Assembly: GCA_964440825.1 (NCBI GenBank)
Contig: CAYYKU010000002.1
Span: 1 to 37,150 of the forward strand
Direction: 5' to 3'
DNA: 37,150 nt
Origin: Candidatus Woesearchaeota archaeon
GTDB taxonomy: Archaea; Nanobdellota; Nanobdellia; Pacearchaeales; GW2011-AR1
Made by a program: the position numbers and the translations under genes. Numbering within the stretch: the first letter of the stretch is position 1; each line of letters begins with the position of its first letter. Under the pieces are notes generated by a model that saw only the letters and a list, made by a program, of their open reading frames with translations, was not told the DNA's origin and ran no database searches. Below are positions 6,846-15,310 of this stretch, piece after piece.

Positions 6846-8692
6846 TTGTCCAACAACTCCGAAGTATATTTTTTAGTTTTTTCGTAATCCTTTATTCCCC
6901 TACTTATTTCAGTTTCAACCTTATCAACTTCAATAGCAAATCTACTTAAATTATTTTTAGAATTAATAAAAGCATTCATAAGTTTTTCTTCGAATTTATT
7001 TGCTCCTGTTGTTCCACTTGAATCTAGTCCCATATTAAATAAAATAATTGGTAATTCACCCATAATTAAACCGATGCAGCACATTTTATTAATAATTAAA
7101 TCAACAACATGCTCTTCCATCGTTCCCTTTGTCGCAAGATTGTAAACGTAAATATCACTCTTTTGCCCAATTCTGTCTAACCTACCTATTCTCTGTTCTA
7201 CTGCCATCGGATTCCAAGGCAAGTCATAATTAACTATTATGGAGCAAAATTGAAGATTAAGACCTTCAGAACCTGTTTCAGTACTTACCATAATTTGTGT
7301 CTTATCTTTAAAATCTTGTATTCTTTTTGTTTTTTCCATAGGTGTCAGGCCGCCCTTAAATTCGGTAATGCTAAAATTTTGTTTCTTTAAAGTATTCGAG
7401 ATGTATTCTAAAGTTGCAGGATGTTTTGTGTAAATTAGTACTTTTTTAGTTTTATCTCTTGCCATTATCTCACTAATTATATCAATTAATTTACTTAACT
7501 TACTATCAATTGTCAATTCTTTGAAATCCTGTAAAATTTCTTGTGCAATTTCTACTGTACTAGTATGATATTTAGGATTATCAATAAGATTTTCTAAAAA
7601 CTCAATTGAAGACTTTGAAGAACTTGTTATCTTTGGAAGAATTGAATGTGCTGCCAAAACAGTATTTATTGGAATTCCGTTAAAATCTAGATAATGTACT
7701 AATAATAAATCTACAACCTGCTCATAAGCTCTTTTTTCTGGAAGAGTCATTTCCACTGACTGGATTCTTGGAATTCTTTTCATGTATTTTACTCCCTTAG
7801 CTTCATCTCTTCTCCTCCTAATCATTACCTCAGATAATTTTCTTTTTAATTCTCTAGGATTTAGTGGCTGTCTTTCATTCCCATCTACTAAAAAATTAGA
7901 TCTAAATTCACTAATTGTTCCCAAATGACCTCTTCTTAAAAGTGAAAGAAGATTATATAATTCAATCAAATCATTCTGGAATGGAGTTGCAGTCAATAAA
8001 AGAAGTCTTTTCTTTTGAAGTTTATCTACAAATTTCCATCTGTACGTATTTTTATCTTTTAGTTTATGTGCTTCATCAATAATAATAACATCCCAATAAA
8101 TTTGATGTGCCTGTCCATGTTTAAACTCATTTGTTTGTGGATTGAAATTTTTAACCTTATCAATAGAAGCAATAGCAAGCTCTGCACTTTCCCATTCACT
8201 CTCTTTATTAATTTCAGTAAAATCCAATTCAAATTTTGTTTTAAGCTCTTCTTTCCATTGGTTTACTAAAGATGGTGGCGTTAGAATTAAAGCTCTTCTG
8301 ACAAAACCTCTTACAATGCATTCTTTTAGAACCATTCCAGCAGTAATTGTTTTACCAAGACCAACCTCATCTGCTAATAAGGCCCTACCGTCTAGATCTC
8401 TTAAAATTTTCAAAGCACCTTCCTGTTGGTGGGGTAGGTTATATGTTAAGTTTTTTTTAATTAACGGATAGGAAATAAGTTCTTTAATCTCAGATTGCCT
8501 GGCTGCTTCCTCAGATTTAAGCTTCAATTCAAAAATATCTCTAGATTCGAATTCTTTATTCTTAATTTTTTCAATAACTTTCAAATCTTCCTTTGAAAAA
8601 CTCTCAACAACTTTCAAATTATCCGTATAGCTAATTTTTTCATTAGGGTTGCCAGCTGGTTTCTCTGAGGAGGTTATTTTTTTAGATTTCAT
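6842..8692 (-). CDS. SNF2/RapA-family DEAD/H-box helicase ATPase
   Basis: Motif I LADEVGLGKT, motif II IIIDEAHKLK, LLLTATPFQNDLIELYNLL, and C-terminal motifs STETGSEGLNLQ and NPMAVEQRIGRLDRIGQ. The track start 8707 is a TTG. ATG-8692 has an ATTAAAAA box ending 29 nt upstream. Confidence 0.9.
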   Translation of the reverse strand: MKSKKITSSEKPAGNPNEKISYTDNLKVVESFSKEDLKVIEKIKNKEFESRDIFELKLKSEEAARQSEIKELISYPLIKKNLTYNLPHQQEGALKILRDLDGRALLADEVGLGKTITAGMVLKECIVRGFVRRALILTPPSLVNQWKEELKTKFELDFTEINKESEWESAELAIASIDKVKNFNPQTNEFKHGQAHQIYWDVIIIDEAHKLKDKNTYRWKFVDKLQKKRLLLLTATPFQNDLIELYNLLSLLRRGHLGTISEFRSNFLVDGNERQPLNPRELKRKLSEVMIRRRRDEAKGVKYMKRIPRIQSVEMTLPEKRAYEQVVDLLLVHYLDFNGIPINTVLAAHSILPKITSSSKSSIEFLENLIDNPKYHTSTVEIAQEILQDFKELTIDSKLSKLIDIISEIMARDKTKKVLIYTKHPATLEYISNTLKKQNFSITEFKGGLTPMEKTKRIQDFKDKTQIMVSTETGSEGLNLQFCSIIVNYDLPWNPMAVEQRIGRLDRIGQKSDIYVYNLATKGTMEEHVVDLIINKMCCIGLIMGELPIILFNMGLDSSGTTGANKFEEKLMNAFINSKNNLSRFAIEVDKVETEISRGIKDYEKTKKYTSELLDK

Positions 8693-8776
8693 TTTCGCCC
8701 AAGCCAACTCTGCTTTTTAATTGTTTGCCTTTTAGTTTATTATTTTGTATCTTTAAAGGAGTAACATGCAGTAAGG

Positions 8777-8784
8777 TTTAAATA
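8777..8784 (+). promoter_or_regulatory. TATA box (TTTAAATA) for the 8806 gene
   Basis: The box begins 29 nt upstream of ATG-8806. Confidence 0.5.
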
Positions 8785-8805
8785 GTATAATTAAGCTGGT
8801 ATTTT

Positions 8806-9474
8806 ATGGTAGAATCTAACTCCTCCCTACAAAATCCTTTGTATTCTGAATCATGGCATACAGATAACTCCATCCTAGAAAACTTCCTGCATTTTGAATC
8901 ATGGCATATAGATAAGATGGCTTTAAGAAATATTAAAGCAGGAATAATTCTTCCCAGAGGAGCTAGAGCAAAATATTCAGATTTTATGAATAGAAATTTT
9001 CAGCTAGGCAGGAATAAATCTCTAATCTGCGATCGACTAGGTGAAGTTTGCATGTCTTATAATGAAGAAAAACAAACCATTGATTTCACAATTGATGCTT
9101 ATGGTGGTTCGGGTAGTCATCACAAATTTGTAATTGGGCATGAAGAGGGACATGTTGCAGATCTGACTGGGAATTTAGCAGTATTATGGCAAACTGCAAA
9201 AAAATTAGGATTTGAATTTGATTTTTTTAGCGAAGAATATGCTCATACCTCTGATGAGTTTACTAAAAAGTTATTTTATGAGGGTTTCAGTGAAGAAGCT
9301 ATGGCTCGGTCTTGGAAGAAGCCACATAATGAAAGAGAAATACTTGCGCATATTGGCGGTCTAGTAGCTATTGCCCAAATAGATGTAAGTTCAAGTTTAA
9401 TTAATAGGGTTGAGCGCGCTATTAGGACTAATTCTGAAATCCAAGTTAGAAAAACACTGGAAATTGCAGCCTAA
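8806..9474 (+). CDS. hypothetical protein with HExxH zinc-metallopeptidase-like motif
   Basis: The only recognisable motif is FVIGHEEGHVADL (H-E-x-x-H). The N-terminus carries a duplicated ESWH(T/I)D unit. Confidence 0.5.
   Translation: MVESNSSLQNPLYSESWHTDNSILENFLHFESWHIDKMALRNIKAGIILPRGARAKYSDFMNRNFQLGRNKSLICDRLGEVCMSYNEEKQTIDFTIDAYGGSGSHHKFVIGHEEGHVADLTGNLAVLWQTAKKLGFEFDFFSEEYAHTSDEFTKKLFYEGFSEEAMARSWKKPHNEREILAHIGGLVAIAQIDVSSSLINRVERAIRTNSEIQVRKTLEIAA
8845..8915 (+). repeat. two copies of a 23-nt direct repeat (TGAATCATGGCATA[C/T]AGATAA core) spaced 48 nt apart
   Basis: 8845-8867 tctgaatcatggcatacagataa and 8893-8915 tttgaatcatggcatatagataa. Both lie just inside the 5' end of the 8806 ORF. 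Confidence 0.7.
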
Positions 9475-9480
9475 TCCAAA

Positions 9481-10260
9481 ATGGTAGAAAATCTTATTAA
9501 AACGCAAATAACAGATGAAGATGCTAGAAAATTAGGAGAAGGCATAGATTTATTAGTTGAAAGATGGCACAGTACTCAGTTCGGTAATGGCGATATTAGT
9601 TCACCAGATTATATATTTTTAACAGAAACTTCTTCAATTCCATACGGATTTGCTATAAAAGAAGCTTGGAAAAGAAGATTTCCTACTGAACAGACTCCAA
9701 AATTTTCTAGGATTGATCCTGTAAGGTTGGGTTCAATGAATCATGGATGGGAGGAACCAGATTATACGATGGTAGTAACTGACAGTGAAGTAATAGAAGA
9801 TTATTTTGCCAAAAGAATTAGAAAAAAAGATGCAAAAATTATTCTTTTTGAAGAGGAAGTAAGTACTAGAAGGAGTATTGAGTTAGTGACAGACTTTTTT
9901 AAAAAGTGGAATACTAATCTAAATCTAAACTCTCAAATTGTAGCCAAATATGGTAAAAGTAATTGTCCTCATTACACAACAGAACAACTACCGACAGAGA
10001 TTGTTGAGAATTTCTATTATCGTAAGAATCTTCATCCAGAACTTGGGCAGAGAGGACTAATTCCCAAAATAACGGGAAAGTACAAAGCCAGAACAAATTG
10101 TAATGTTTCAAAATATGAACAAATGATAAGAGATGAAATTAAATTTGGGGAAAGGTTATTGCCTCAAAGACTTACCGGATTTACAATTCATGGGGAAGAG
10201 GTGCAGTATGCTCAGCAGTTTATTAGAGAATTAAAAGATATAGGAAAAAGAGTAAGATAA
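9481..10260 (+). CDS. hypothetical protein, degenerate phosphoribosyltransferase-like fold
   Basis: DAKIILFEEEVSTRRSIELV resembles the PRPP-binding loop (hydrophobic stretch, acidic pair, x-x-T-G-x-T), with EEE in place of DD and RR in place of GG. It lies 6 nt after the previous gene and has no TATA box of its own. Confidence 0.45.
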   Translation: MVENLIKTQITDEDARKLGEGIDLLVERWHSTQFGNGDISSPDYIFLTETSSIPYGFAIKEAWKRRFPTEQTPKFSRIDPVRLGSMNHGWEEPDYTMVVTDSEVIEDYFAKRIRKKDAKIILFEEEVSTRRSIELVTDFFKKWNTNLNLNSQIVAKYGKSNCPHYTTEQLPTEIVENFYYRKNLHPELGQRGLIPKITGKYKARTNCNVSKYEQMIRDEIKFGERLLPQRLTGFTIHGEEVQYAQQFIRELKDIGKRVR

Positions 10261-10264
10261 TTCT

Positions 10265-10750
10265 TTAGCAACAGTACAATTTATCCGGATCAGCTTTTCC
10301 ACCTTCAAAGGGACTTCCCGTTTTTCTAATAGTTTCAATCATCTCTCCATTATTTTTCAAACTTTTACCATCTAAAACCAATGCCTCTCTTGCTCTTTTC
10401 ATAGCATCACATATTTTTAAATTTAAAGGGCACTTTGCTTCACAAGCTTTACAAAGATTGCACTGAAAAACCAATTCATTCAGAATATTTTCATTAAGCA
10501 TAATTGCATGTCCTCTTGGGGAAATTTCTTCTTTCTTTAGAGTCTTAAAAACTGGGCAAAGGGACTTACACATTCCGCATTTTATACATGGTGAAAGAAT
10601 TTCTTTTACTTCTTCCATCGCATTTCTTACGCTTACATTTGTTTTAACTTTCTGTTTTGGAACATCATCAAAGAAACCTTCATCTTTCTTCAATTTCAAT
10701 TGTATCGGTTTCTTTCCCTGTTTTGTAGATGTTTTTTTCTTCGCTACCAT
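10265..10750 (-). CDS. 2x[4Fe-4S] ferredoxin-type iron-sulfur protein (GlcF/HdrC-like N-terminal module)
   Basis: Two CxxCxxCxxxCP motifs: CIKCGMCKSLCP and CNLCKACEAKCP. Confidence 0.8.
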   Translation of the reverse strand: MVAKKKTSTKQGKKPIQLKLKKDEGFFDDVPKQKVKTNVSVRNAMEEVKEILSPCIKCGMCKSLCPVFKTLKKEEISPRGHAIMLNENILNELVFQCNLCKACEAKCPLNLKICDAMKRAREALVLDGKSLKNNGEMIETIRKTGSPFEGGKADPDKLYCC

Positions 10751-10818
10751 ATAAGTTAGATTATCAAGAGCTTTTTTATATGTTTTGAAAGTAAGATATA
10801 TATGTAATGCTAATAATC

Positions 10819-10826
10819 CTTAAAAG
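10819..10826 (+). promoter_or_regulatory. TATA-like box (CTTAAAAG) for the interrupted 10848 ORF
   Basis: The box begins 29 nt upstream of ATG-10848. Confidence 0.4.
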
Positions 10827-10847
10827 TAGACCTGGTTTTTTAGAGGC

Positions 10848-11354
10848 ATGTGGAATCCGGAAAAACCCTTAAAAGAGCTAGGCGGCATGAGTTTTCATTA
10901 TATTGATCATGCTGAATATTTGTATTATGACTTGCTAAACAATAAACTCTGGATCTCCACTAAGCCCCATCTGGAACCAAAGCATGCGGATCATAAATTG
11001 AGAGTGGTTTTAGCAGAAAACCCTGCTTGGTAAAGTCAATTATACCACTCTCAAGATTCTTTTAGGCGAGATCTTTCAATTAGGTCACTTGACAGATTAA
11101 GAAAGGGGAAAGATTTGCCATTTGAAATGGCTAGGAGTAAAGGCAATTTGTTTATGGAACGAATTAGATTTAGGTATGACACTGTATATAGAGAACTAAT
11201 ACATAGCGATTTAACTAAAGGATATTATTCAGATGGAGAATTTATTCAGCCAAATGATGAAGTTAGGGCGTATTTTAATATGCCTCCGCTTTATGTCACC
11301 ATAAGAAAAAAGGCAAATGAAAGTTCTGGAGATTTAGAATCTCTTCCATTCTAA
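10848..11354 (+). pseudogene. 168-codon reading frame of unknown function interrupted by one in-frame TAA (11031-11033)
   Basis: Track ORFs 10848-11033 and 11115-11354 are in the same frame. Hand translation of 11034-11114 shows no further stop. The second part has only a TTG start and no promoter or SD of its own. Confidence 0.4.
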
Positions 11355-12386
11355 TTAAATTCTAAATTTATCTGGGTCTATTTGTTTTAATTTTTCTTTA
11401 AATTTATCTAAATCTTCAGCATGTATCTGTGCTCCTGCAGCAGACTTATGCCCTCCAGCTAAACCGTCTTTAAGATCTGTAACTCCTTCCTGTAAGATTT
11501 TACTAACATCATATATTCTAGATTGATTTCTCGCAGAAAGACTAATCATCTCTTTTCCCTTTTTTGTAGAGAACACTAATATATTTTCCATTTCTTTTCC
11601 AGAAACCTCATTAATAAATGCAGATTTCACGCCAGGGTATTTTGTTTCTATATTATAATAGATAAATTTTCCAAATAGTTCACTATTTTTAAGATAATCT
11701 TCTCTTATTCTTTCCATATCTTTTTCAACAGGCCCATAATATTTTGCAAGTCTCAGAATATCTTCTAATCTTTTCATTTTGGAAACTTCCGTAAAAGCTT
11801 CTTCTAAAGAAGGGGAACCAATTAATGCAAAATTAAATTTAAATAAGTATTTCAGCAATTCTTCATGTGCCATTCCTAGTTTTTTGTAAGAATTTTGCAA
11901 AAATTCTGTATTTTCTGGATATTTCTCAGCATAATCAGATAGAGTTCCGGCAGTAGCGAGCCATAATTTATCTGCATTTTCTTTTTCAGTTAGTTCATAA
12001 ATCGTTCTAGTGGAAGGAACATATCCTTGAGAAAGAGTTCTTAGTTCAAATACAAAATCAGGTATTGGTTTATCCTTCTCTTCCTGGTGGTGATCTGTAT
12101 AAAAAATTTCTTTATCTTTTAACGTTGCTAAATCTTCCCAAATCAGGCTAGGGCCTAGGTCAGTTATAAATATTTTATTAAATCCCCCAAGAGGCGTATC
12201 TGAAATTCTTGTAACTCCTGAATTTATAATTCTCACTTCTGTTTTAGCTCCTTTACTAATCAAGTAGTCTTGTAATAGAATTCCAGCAGCAAATCCATCC
12301 ATATCGGTATGGGTAAATATCATTGCATTATCTTTATCATTTACTCTTTCCAAAAATTCTCTTGCTTGTTTAAAATCTATTTTCAT
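11355..12386 (-). CDS. DHH/DHHA1-family phosphoesterase (RecJ/NrnA-like)
   Basis: THTDMDGFAAG (DxD), ITDLG, YTDHHQ (DHH) and GGHKSAAGAQ (DHHA1). The track start 12398 is a GTG. ATG-12386 forms an ATGA overlap with the upstream stop. Confidence 0.8.
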   Translation of the reverse strand: MKIDFKQAREFLERVNDKDNAMIFTHTDMDGFAAGILLQDYLISKGAKTEVRIINSGVTRISDTPLGGFNKIFITDLGPSLIWEDLATLKDKEIFYTDHHQEEKDKPIPDFVFELRTLSQGYVPSTRTIYELTEKENADKLWLATAGTLSDYAEKYPENTEFLQNSYKKLGMAHEELLKYLFKFNFALIGSPSLEEAFTEVSKMKRLEDILRLAKYYGPVEKDMERIREDYLKNSELFGKFIYYNIETKYPGVKSAFINEVSGKEMENILVFSTKKGKEMISLSARNQSRIYDVSKILQEGVTDLKDGLAGGHKSAAGAQIHAEDLDKFKEKLKQIDPDKFRI

Positions 12387-13015
12387 ATAGTGTTCCACTC
12401 CTTGACGAATTTATTTACGAAATCAAGAGTATAATCATATTTTTCCTTTGCTATACTTCTTGCATATTTAGTATTAAAATTTTCTGGTTTATTTCTTTTT
12501 AATTTTTCAATAATATGATTCATTATAGGTTTTTTTGACCAATGTTCTTCTGTATTTTTATTTTCAGGATCATACAGTGGCGTACCATGTTTTCCAGCAG
12601 ACAGTAAAAATCTCACAATTAAAGATACGCCTAGGCATTCCAATCTGTCTGCATCTTGTATTATTGCCGCTTCTATTGTTTCAGGCTTAAGGCAAGTACT
12701 TTTTCTGTGAATTTTTATCGCATAACAAACTGCATCTATTTTTTCTTTTGGAAAATCAAATCCTTCTAATAACTCTTTAGCTATTTTGGCTCCTTCGGTT
12801 GCATGACACTCCACTTCTTCTTTGTTTTGTTTATTTTTTGCAATGTCATGCAATATTGCTGCAGCAACTATGATATCAATGTCTCCGCCTTCTTTTTCAG
12901 AAATTTCTATTGCATTTCTCAATACGTTTTTTGTATGATCTAACCCGTGAGCAACGCTATCTCCAAAATAAGGATTTACTTTTTCTAATAATTCTTTTAT
13001 CTGTTTGTTGTTCAT
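12383..13015 (-). CDS. HD-domain metal-dependent phosphohydrolase
   Basis: HGLDHTKNV ... AAILHDIAK ... IQDADRLE. Confidence 0.8.
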   Translation of the reverse strand: MNNKQIKELLEKVNPYFGDSVAHGLDHTKNVLRNAIEISEKEGGDIDIIVAAAILHDIAKNKQNKEEVECHATEGAKIAKELLEGFDFPKEKIDAVCYAIKIHRKSTCLKPETIEAAIIQDADRLECLGVSLIVRFLLSAGKHGTPLYDPENKNTEEHWSKKPIMNHIIEKLKRNKPENFNTKYARSIAKEKYDYTLDFVNKFVKEWNTI

Positions 13016-14124
13016 AAAATCTTCCCAGAATTAAATTTATTTGTTGGATCTATTCTATTTTTAATAACTGTTAAAAGTTTTTTATCGTTAACATCAACAA
13101 ATTCCTTCTTTAATAAACCAATTCCATGTTCTCCAGAAATTTGTCCAGATAATCTTTTAGTAATTTGCATTATTTCCGGAATTAATTTTTCCTGTTCTTT
13201 TGAAAAACAAGGATGTAAAATACCGACGGATAAATGCCCAAAAACAGGAACTCCATAAGATTCTAAATAATTAAATAGTTTTGTAAATCTATCCAGTAAT
13301 ATTTTTGGATCTTCAATTCTAGTATATCCTTTTTCTGCAAGCATCGGATAAACTTTATCCCTCACATTAACTAACTTTGTAAATTCTTCTCCTTTAATTT
13401 TGCCTTCCTCAGATCCGTATTCAATAATTAAATGATATTTGAATGGTAAACCTACAAACTCTGAGACTCTTTTATCTAAAAATTCTATCATTGAAACATT
13501 TGGATTTCGTTTTAAATCTCTGACAATATTTACAATCTCATCGATATAATCTCTAACAACTAGATCTCCACTTAAAATAACCGGTTTGTCAATTAACCTT
13601 AAACTAGCTTTCGAAATAACTCCTGTAATTCCTTCCATTCCTGAATAATCACTTAATTCTGTTTGAGCCTTTCTTTCAACATCACCATATGAATTAACAA
13701 TCTCGAGCCAATTCAACCATTCAGAAGTTTTGCCATATTTTATTGCTCTAGAACCTACGGCATTTGTTGCAATCATTCCTCCAAGTGTACAAATTCCATG
13801 CGAAGAAGGATTAACGGGAAACTCTAATCCAAATCCTGCTAAATAATCATTCAGATCATCCAAAATAATTCCTGCCTCAACTTCAACAGTTCTTCTATTT
13901 GTATCTAAATTACTTATTTTCTCCATCAAAGACATATCTAAAACAACTTCATCCTGTGGAACAGCACCTCCTGCAAGTCCACTTCCTCCTCCACGAATAC
14001 AAATCTTAGGGTTACTCTTAACAAACATTTTCAATTCTTGCATACTTGCAGGTTGCAAAATATTTGTAGCTTTTCCTTTAACTTGCGATGCATCAGTTTC
14101 ATAAACTATTTTTTCAGTGTTCAT
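13012..14124 (-). CDS. FAD-linked oxidase (GlcD / D-lactate dehydrogenase-like)
   Basis: PCMH-type FAD-binding motif IRGGGSGLAGGAVP, and a C-terminal ISGEHGIGLLKKEF motif typical of GlcD-family enzymes. Confidence 0.8.
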   Translation of the reverse strand: MNTEKIVYETDASQVKGKATNILQPASMQELKMFVKSNPKICIRGGGSGLAGGAVPQDEVVLDMSLMEKISNLDTNRRTVEVEAGIILDDLNDYLAGFGLEFPVNPSSHGICTLGGMIATNAVGSRAIKYGKTSEWLNWLEIVNSYGDVERKAQTELSDYSGMEGITGVISKASLRLIDKPVILSGDLVVRDYIDEIVNIVRDLKRNPNVSMIEFLDKRVSEFVGLPFKYHLIIEYGSEEGKIKGEEFTKLVNVRDKVYPMLAEKGYTRIEDPKILLDRFTKLFNYLESYGVPVFGHLSVGILHPCFSKEQEKLIPEIMQITKRLSGQISGEHGIGLLKKEFVDVNDKKLLTVIKNRIDPTNKFNSGKIL

Positions 14125-14480
14125 TTTATATCTTCCTTCCCAAGAATTTTATAATATTTTGAACTTTTCTTGTTAGATAATTTGAAGAGCTCAGAATAAA
14201 TATGTTCAACAGATTCTAAGTTATCAAAATCTAACTTTCGTATTTTCAAGCATATATCCCAAATCGGAGATATTTTATCAACATCTTCTTGTTTAACTCT
14301 TTCTTTGACAAAAGATAAAATAGATTTTACAGCCAGTTCTCTTTGTGTATTAGAAGTAAAACAAAACTTTTTAGTATTTACTCCAGCTAGATAAATCATA
14401 AATTTATATTCAAGCACGTTGATTGAATTTTTCTCAACAACTTTCTTATCATGAATACATGGTGCGATTTCCATTTTCAT
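14121..14480 (-). CDS. hypothetical protein
   Basis: An ORF embedded in the ATGA-overlap chain, overlapping at both ends. No recognisable motif. Confidence 0.5.
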   Translation of the reverse strand: MKMEIAPCIHDKKVVEKNSINVLEYKFMIYLAGVNTKKFCFTSNTQRELAVKSILSFVKERVKQEDVDKISPIWDICLKIRKLDFDNLESVEHIYSELFKLSNKKSSKYYKILGKEDIK

Positions 14481-15310
14481 CTTATTTCCACATAAGCAAA
14501 GATAGGATAATGATCTGAAGCCATCTCTGCTAATTTATTTTTAACTATTCCAGATTTTAAAACCCTTATAGTTTTAGAACAGAAAATATAATCAATCCTC
14601 ATTCCAGTCTTATTATTTGTAACATTATATCTTTTTGTAGGCATTGTGCTATCATATTTTTCATTACGCACATAATAACTGTCAATTAATCCTGCTGAAA
14701 TAACTTTTTTTAGCATTGCGCAACTAAGTGCGTCTCTTACATTTGACTCTGCCTTTTCTTTGCTTGCATGGAAAACAGTAAACTCCTTTGTCAAAACATC
14801 TACTTTATATCTGTCTTTTGGAGATAAGGCATTAAAGTTTCCAAGTAAAATATATGGTTCTTCTTTTTTATCTAAAACTTTACTAACCCATTCAGTTTTA
14901 TCTTTTTCAGAAATAGTTGGATACGGGTTAATCATATCAATATTAATTTTCTTTCCTTCAATTATAAAATGAGATTTGATATAAGAGCTATCTTTAATTG
15001 AAAAATTCTCAGTAGTAAATGGGAAATGAGAAAGAATAACTTCTCCCTTTCTAGAAGTTTCATCAGGCCTAGAATAATAAACGTAAGGAAAACCAAATTC
15101 TTTTCTATAATCAACTGTCTTTATTTTTGGGCCTTTAATTTTGCAAAGTGGATTAAAATCTCCCTCGCCAATAAAAAGAATATCTGGATTCATAACTCGG
15201 ATAATATTTCTAGCCGCTTCTAATCTTCTAGGTTCAAAAGAAAAAGAGCCATCTGGCTTTTTATTGTGAAATCCTCTCAAAACATTATACCAACCAATTT
15301 TTAAGTTCAT
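14477..15310 (-). CDS. endonuclease/exonuclease/phosphatase (EEP) family protein
   Basis: WYNV..., LLGNFNA, RIDYIF, and the C-terminal SDHYPIFAYVEI. The track start 15331 is a GTG. ATG-15310 (MNLKIGWYNV) has AAGGAG 6 nt upstream and an ATGA overlap with the upstream stop. Confidence 0.75.
   Translation of the reverse strand: MNLKIGWYNVLRGFHNKKPDGSFSFEPRRLEAARNIIRVMNPDILFIGEGDFNPLCKIKGPKIKTVDYRKEFGFPYVYYSRPDETSRKGEVILSHFPFTTENFSIKDSSYIKSHFIIEGKKINIDMINPYPTISEKDKTEWVSKVLDKKEEPYILLGNFNALSPKDRYKVDVLTKEFTVFHASKEKAESNVRDALSCAMLKKVISAGLIDSYYVRNEKYDSTMPTKRYNVTNNKTGMRIDYIFCSKTIRVLKSGIVKNKLAEMASDHYPIFAYVEIR

Noticed and set aside
8917-9474. Alternative start at ATG-8917 for the HExxH gene, which would leave the 23-nt direct repeats in a non-coding leader.
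   Set aside because: ATG-8806 has a perfect TTTAAATA box beginning 29 nt upstream, whereas 8917 has no box at that distance. I kept 8806 and treat the repeats as intragenic.
11031-11033. Genome-wide stop-codon reassignment as the explanation for the in-frame TAA.
   Set aside because: TAA terminates most well-conserved genes here (gmk, tyrS, infB, cca, speH). TAG (3838, 5946) and TGA (6842 and the ATGA junctions) also end ORFs at the expected lengths. The standard code therefore fits.
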